A DNA stretch of 64,000 bases. Origin: Thalassobaculaceae bacterium. Lineage in GTDB: Bacteria; Pseudomonadota; Alphaproteobacteria; Thalassobaculales; Thalassobaculaceae. The position numbers and the translations under genes are program-made. Location: assembly GCA_965228875.1 (NCBI GenBank), contig OZ245843.1:974616-1038615 (forward strand). Reading direction: 5' to 3'. Shown piece after piece: positions 59,645 to 64,000 of the stretch; within the stretch, counting starts at the first letter, position 1, and each line of letters opens with the position of its first letter. The notes beneath the pieces are model-generated. The model saw only the letters and a program-made list of their open reading frames with translations, was not told where the DNA came from and did not search any database.

Positions 59645-61552
59645 TCAGGTCTCCTTGTCGCCGGTGGCGATCGCCTTCGCGATCTCGTCGGCCGGGATGT
59701 CGTCGAAGGAGGCGTAGTTCATGCGGTAGAGCCGGGCGTACAACCCGTCAGCGGCCATGAGTTCGTCGTGGCTGCCCTGCTCGACGATCTCGCCGCCCTC
59801 CAGCACGATGATGCGGTCGGCCCCGCGGATGGTCGCGAGCCGGTGGGCGATGACCATGGCGGTGCGGCCCTTCAGCAGGCGGGCGAGCGCGCGCTGGATC
59901 TCCAGCTCGGTATAGCTGTCGATGCTGGCGGTCGCCTCGTCCAGCACCAGGATCTTGGCGTCGGCGAGAAGCGCGCGGGCGAAGCTGATGAGCTGACGCT
60001 GACCGAGCGACAGGTTGGCGCCGCGCTGGTCGAGCTGGGTCTCGTAGCCCTTGTCCAGGCGCATAATGAACTCGTGCGCGCCGACCGCCTTGGCCGCTTC
60101 CTCGACCTGTTCGCGGGTCGCACCGGTTCGGGCGTAGCGGATGTTCTCCTCGATGGTGGCGGAGAACAGGAACGGTTCCTGCAGCACCATGGCGATGTGC
60201 CGGCCGAGGCTGTCCTGGGTGACGTCGCGCACGTCGCGGCCGCCGACCAGGACCTGGCCCTCCCAGACGTCGTAGAAGCGGTGGACGAGGGCCGTCGTGC
60301 TGGTTTTTCCGGAACCGGTCGGCCCGACCAGGGCCACGGTTTCGCCCGGCTTCACCTGGAAGCTTATGTGCCTGAGGATGGGGTTCCCCGCCACATAGCC
60401 GAAGGTGACGTCGCGGAATTCGATCGCGCCGTCGATCTCGGCAGGGTCCTCGGCCCCGGGCGCATCCTCGACCTCGACCTCGACATCCATCACCTCGAAG
60501 ATCCGCTGCCCGGCGGCCATGGCCCGCTGCATGATGCTGTACTGCAGGGTGAGCGAGCGGATCGGATCGAAGAACCGCTGCACGTAGAACAGGAAGGCGA
60601 CCATCACGCCGATGTCGAGGGTGCTGTCGAGCACCATCGACCCGCCGATTATAATGACGATCGCCATGGCCGAGCCGGTCAGGGTGTCGACGATCGGCAC
60701 CATCACGTTGGTGTAGCGCGAGGCGAGCAGGTGGGCGTCCAGGTTCTCCCGGGCCTTCTCCTCGAACAGGTCGAAGTTCACCGTCTCGCGGCGCAGTTCC
60801 TGGATCGCGCGGATGCCGTGGACGTTTTCGGCGAGTGCGGCATTGGTCGTGGAACTGGCCTCCCGGGCGCGCATGAAAGCCTTTCGGGCCAGCGGCAGCC
60901 AGACGATCCGGACCAGGAACAGAAGCGGCAGAACCGACAGGGTCAGCCCGCCCAGCACCGGATCCAGGCTGAGCAAGACGACGACGATACCGACCAGGAG
61001 CACCAGGTCGCCGATGGCGAAGATCGAGGACTCTAGGAACTCCTGCAGGGCGTAGACGTCGCCCTGCAGCCGCGACATCAGTCGGCCGACCTCGGTGCGG
61101 TCCATGAAGGAGAGGGAGACCACCTGCAGATGGGCGTACATCGCGCGGCGCAGATCGAACAGCAGGCGCTGGGCGGTGCGGCCGATCAGGGTTTCCATGA
61201 AGTGGTTGGCGGCGTAGTTCAGCACCACGACGCCGAGGAACCCCGCGACGAAGACCTGCAGCAGGTCGAGATCGCCCGCCCCGTCGGCAAGCGCCATGTC
61301 GATCGCCGCACGCACCAGCAGCGGCAGTGTGAGCTGGGTGAGGGTGAAGGCCAGGACGCAGCCGAGGCCGATCAGCAGCTGGCGGCGATAGGGCACCAGA
61401 TACGCCATGAAGCGCTTGACCACCCAGGGGTCGAAGGCGCGGCCGAACAGTTCCTCGTCCTGACTGATCTGCGAGCCGACGACGGCGAGCGGCGGACGCT
61501 CCGTCTCGGCGGCGCGGCGCGCGGCGTCGTGCTGGTTCTGCGACGTCGTCAT
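59645..61552 (-). CDS. ABC exporter, fused permease/ATPase subunit
   Basis: 6-TM domain, GPTGSGKT, LSLGQ, LVLDEA, IAHR. Confidence 0.93.
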   Translation of the reverse strand: MTTSQNQHDAARRAAETERPPLAVVGSQISQDEELFGRAFDPWVVKRFMAYLVPYRRQLLIGLGCVLAFTLTQLTLPLLVRAAIDMALADGAGDLDLLQVFVAGFLGVVVLNYAANHFMETLIGRTAQRLLFDLRRAMYAHLQVVSLSFMDRTEVGRLMSRLQGDVYALQEFLESSIFAIGDLVLLVGIVVVLLSLDPVLGGLTLSVLPLLFLVRIVWLPLARKAFMRAREASSTTNAALAENVHGIRAIQELRRETVNFDLFEEKARENLDAHLLASRYTNVMVPIVDTLTGSAMAIVIIIGGSMVLDSTLDIGVMVAFLFYVQRFFDPIRSLTLQYSIMQRAMAAGQRIFEVMDVEVEVEDAPGAEDPAEIDGAIEFRDVTFGYVAGNPILRHISFQVKPGETVALVGPTGSGKTSTTALVHRFYDVWEGQVLVGGRDVRDVTQDSLGRHIAMVLQEPFLFSATIEENIRYARTGATREQVEEAAKAVGAHEFIMRLDKGYETQLDQRGANLSLGQRQLISFARALLADAKILVLDEATASIDSYTELEIQRALARLLKGRTAMVIAHRLATIRGADRIIVLEGGEIVEQGSHDELMAADGLYARLYRMNYASFDDIPADEIAKAIATGDKET

Positions 61553-63426
61553 GCCACACCCCCGGTCTTCGGACCCGCCCCGGTACGGGCCTGAAGGTCA
61601 TACAGCTGGGCATAGCGGCCGCCGAGCTTCATGAGCTCGTCGTGGCTGCCGCGTTCGACGATGCGCCCGGCCTCCAGGAACACGATCTCGTCGGCGTGCA
61701 TCAACGAGGACAGCCGGTGAGCGATGACGATGACCGCCCGCTCGCGGGTATAGTCCTTGAGTGCCTCGCGGATGCGGCGTTCGGTGGCGGCATCGATGGC
61801 GGCGGTGCTGTCGTCCAGGACCAGGACGCGCGCGTCCGGCAGGATCGCACGGGCGATGGAGAGGCGTTGGCGCTGGCCGCCGGAAAGCGAGACCCCGCGT
61901 TCGCCCACGAGGGTCTCGTAATGGTTCGGCAGCGCCTTGATGTAGTTGTGCAACTGCGCCGTCTGCGCCGAGCGTTCGATGCTGGAGCGGCCGGCCCAGG
62001 GATCGCCGTAGGCGACGTTGTGGTCGATGCTCGCGGTGAACAGGAACGGCTCCTGCTGGACGATGGCCACGGCCTGGCGCAGGGAGGCGAGGGTGACGTC
62101 GCGGATGTCCTGGCCGTCGATGGTGATGCGCCCGGCGGTCACGTCGTAGTACCGGCCGAGAAGCTGGGCGATCGTGGTCTTGCCGGAACCGGGCGGGCCG
62201 ACGATCCCGATCATTCTCCCGGGCCGCGCCTCCAGGTCGATGCCGGCGAGCGTGCGGTCGTCCTTGGCCCAGGTGGGGTAGCGGAAATCGACGCCCTCGA
62301 ACCTCACCACGCCCTCGGTGATCTCCAGGTCGGCGGCGTCCGGCCGGTCGGCGATCGATGGCTGCAGGTCGATGACGTTGAACAGCCGCCCGCCGCAGGT
62401 CGAGGCGCGGGCGATGGAATTGATCATCCAGCCGATCTGGCGCACCGGCATCTGCAGGATCAGCATGAAGGTCAGCGCCTCGGTCAGCTGACCCAGCGTG
62501 ATCTCGCCGGCCGCCACCTTGGCGCCGCCGACCCACAGCGTCAGCCCCATCGCCAGGAAGTAGACGAAGGTCATCTGCGTGGTCGACAGCACGAACAGCC
62601 GGACCCGCCGGCTGGCGATCGCGAGGCCCTCGGCCGAGAACCTGTCGTAGCGCGACAATTCGAAGGCCTGGGCGGCGAAGGCCCGGACCACGCGGATCCC
62701 GCCGAGGTTCTCCTCCATGACCTTGGTCAGCTCGGACATCTTGTCCTGCAGCGCGATCCAGGTGTCGCGCAGCTTCAGGCGGGCCAGCGAGGCGCGGACG
62801 CCGACGATCGGCACGAAGCTCAACGCGACGCAGGCCAGCACCGGGTCGTTGCGGAACAGGATCACCGCGCCGCCGCCGATCAGGACGGTGAGCAGCACGC
62901 TGCGCAGGATGCCGGTATCGACCCACAGCCGCACGCCCTCGATGTCGAGGATGCCGCGCGTCATCAGGTCGCCGGTATGGACCCGGTCGTGCCAGGACAG
63001 GCTGAGCCGCTGGAGCTGTCGGTAGTAGTCGAGCCGCAGGCGGTAGCCGATCAGCTGGCCGACCGCCTCGCCCTGGTAGTTGTGCAGCATGGTGAAGATG
63101 CCGCGCAGGGTGGCGGCGGCGAGCAGCATCAGGGCGGTGGTGAGCAGCGCCGACTCCGCCGCCGTGTGGTCGGAGACCCCGGCCGCGGCGTCGCGCAGAA
63201 GGCCCTGGGCCTGGTCGACGGCCCGGCCGAGATACTGCGGCACCATGAGCTGGAACAGGCCGCCGAGGACGGTGGCGACCACGGCAACGGCCATGCGGGC
63301 ACGATGGCGGAACGCCATCGCCGTGATGCGCAGAAGCACGCCGGTATCGACCTTGGAGACGTCAATCCGGTAGTCGCCGTCGACCTGGTTGTCGAGGCGT
63401 TTCGCAGGGTCGGGCGCGGAGGCCAT
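61549..63426 (-). CDS. ABC exporter, fused permease/ATPase subunit with degenerate Walker B
   Basis: 6-TM domain, GPPGSGKT, LSGGQ, LVLDDS, IAHR. Confidence 0.93.
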   Translation of the reverse strand: MASAPDPAKRLDNQVDGDYRIDVSKVDTGVLLRITAMAFRHRARMAVAVVATVLGGLFQLMVPQYLGRAVDQAQGLLRDAAAGVSDHTAAESALLTTALMLLAAATLRGIFTMLHNYQGEAVGQLIGYRLRLDYYRQLQRLSLSWHDRVHTGDLMTRGILDIEGVRLWVDTGILRSVLLTVLIGGGAVILFRNDPVLACVALSFVPIVGVRASLARLKLRDTWIALQDKMSELTKVMEENLGGIRVVRAFAAQAFELSRYDRFSAEGLAIASRRVRLFVLSTTQMTFVYFLAMGLTLWVGGAKVAAGEITLGQLTEALTFMLILQMPVRQIGWMINSIARASTCGGRLFNVIDLQPSIADRPDAADLEITEGVVRFEGVDFRYPTWAKDDRTLAGIDLEARPGRMIGIVGPPGSGKTTIAQLLGRYYDVTAGRITIDGQDIRDVTLASLRQAVAIVQQEPFLFTASIDHNVAYGDPWAGRSSIERSAQTAQLHNYIKALPNHYETLVGERGVSLSGGQRQRLSIARAILPDARVLVLDDSTAAIDAATERRIREALKDYTRERAVIVIAHRLSSLMHADEIVFLEAGRIVERGSHDELMKLGGRYAQLYDLQARTGAGPKTGGVA

Positions 63427-63581
63427 GAGATGATCCGTCGGGGGGAACGGGGCCGCGGACTATGCCAGATCCCGGCGCGGAAGGCGAGGGGCGTGCAGGG
63501 TAGGCGATACGCAGCATCCACCGGCCGGCGCCTTGTCGGCGGCCGCCTGCGGGCTCCCGCGGTGGTCCGGGACGGTCGGTG

Positions 63582-64000
63582 TCAGTAGACCAACTGGTCC
63601 TCGCCGCTGGAGCCGCCGAGTACGATCTCGCCGCGGTCGGCCAGGTCCTTGGCCGACTGCACCATCGCCGTCTGGCTGTCCTCGACGTCCTTGAGGCGGA
63701 TCGGACCGAGCGCCTGCATGTCCTCGCGCATCAGCTTGGCGGCGCGCTCCGACATGTTGGCGAAGAACAGGTCGCGCAGTTCCTCCGAGGCTCCCTTGAG
63801 GGCGATCGTCAGCTTGTCCTTGTCGACGGCGCGCAGAAGGGTCTGCACCCCGGCCGGATCCAGGCGGTTTAGGTCCTCGAAGGTGAACATCAGCGAGCGG
63901 ATCTTCTCCGCGCTGTCCTTGTTGCGTTCCTCAAGGGCCGACAGGAAACGGCTCTCGGTGGCGCGGTCGAGACTGTTGAAGATCTCGGCCATCATCTCGT
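63582..64000 (-). CDS. fliG: Flagellar motor switch protein FliG, C-terminal part (truncated by window edge)
   Basis: [31 protein letters not shown]. Confidence 0.95.
   Translation of the reverse strand, partial: EMMAEIFNSLDRATESRFLSALEERNKDSAEKIRSLMFTFEDLNRLDPAGVQTLLRAVDKDKLTIALKGASEELRDLFFANMSERAAKLMREDMQALGPIRLKDVEDSQTAMVQSAKDLADRGEIVLGGSSGEDQLVY

Noticed and set aside
59645..63426. ABC pair as the type I secretion system for the RTX protein
   Set aside because: No HlyD or TolC partner and no C39-like domain; features match heterodimeric exporters

Overview
High-GC alphaproteobacterial chromosomal segment; gene order and proteins suggest Rhodospirillales (inference). About 1-20 kb is the conserved core block: dxr(partial)-rseP-bamA-skp-lpxD-fabZ-lpxA-lpxI-lpxB, then gltA, gltX, comEC, lexA with SOS boxes, moeA, moaC, trpC, trpD, trpG. 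About 20-63 kb is accessory and metabolic: a deacetylase/GNAT/TauE/nitroreductase/SDR/CoA-transferase run; a sulfur- and heme-linked cluster (hemA, GNAT, cysNC, cysD, a CmcJ/NvfI-like oxygenase, Tat-exported GGT, a tiny excisionase/BldC-like HTH protein); an M23 peptidase-bactofilin pair; an LvaAB-like kinase pair; phaZ; three amidases; an RTX-repeat protein; PrpD-like and nadX-like genes; an asymmetric heterodimeric ABC exporter; and the 3' end of fliG. I found no rRNA, tRNA, CRISPR array, transposase or prophage. The most notable observations are (i) 10-bp-phased AAACG direct repeats shared by the promoters of the tiny HTH gene and the oxygenase, a candidate sulfur-linked regulon; (ii) two hypothetical proteins 32 kb apart that share an unnamed ~65-aa domain; (iii) two copies of a CIR-like palindromic intergenic element with compensatory stem changes. 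All calls come from reading the sequence and recalled family motifs; no searches were run.
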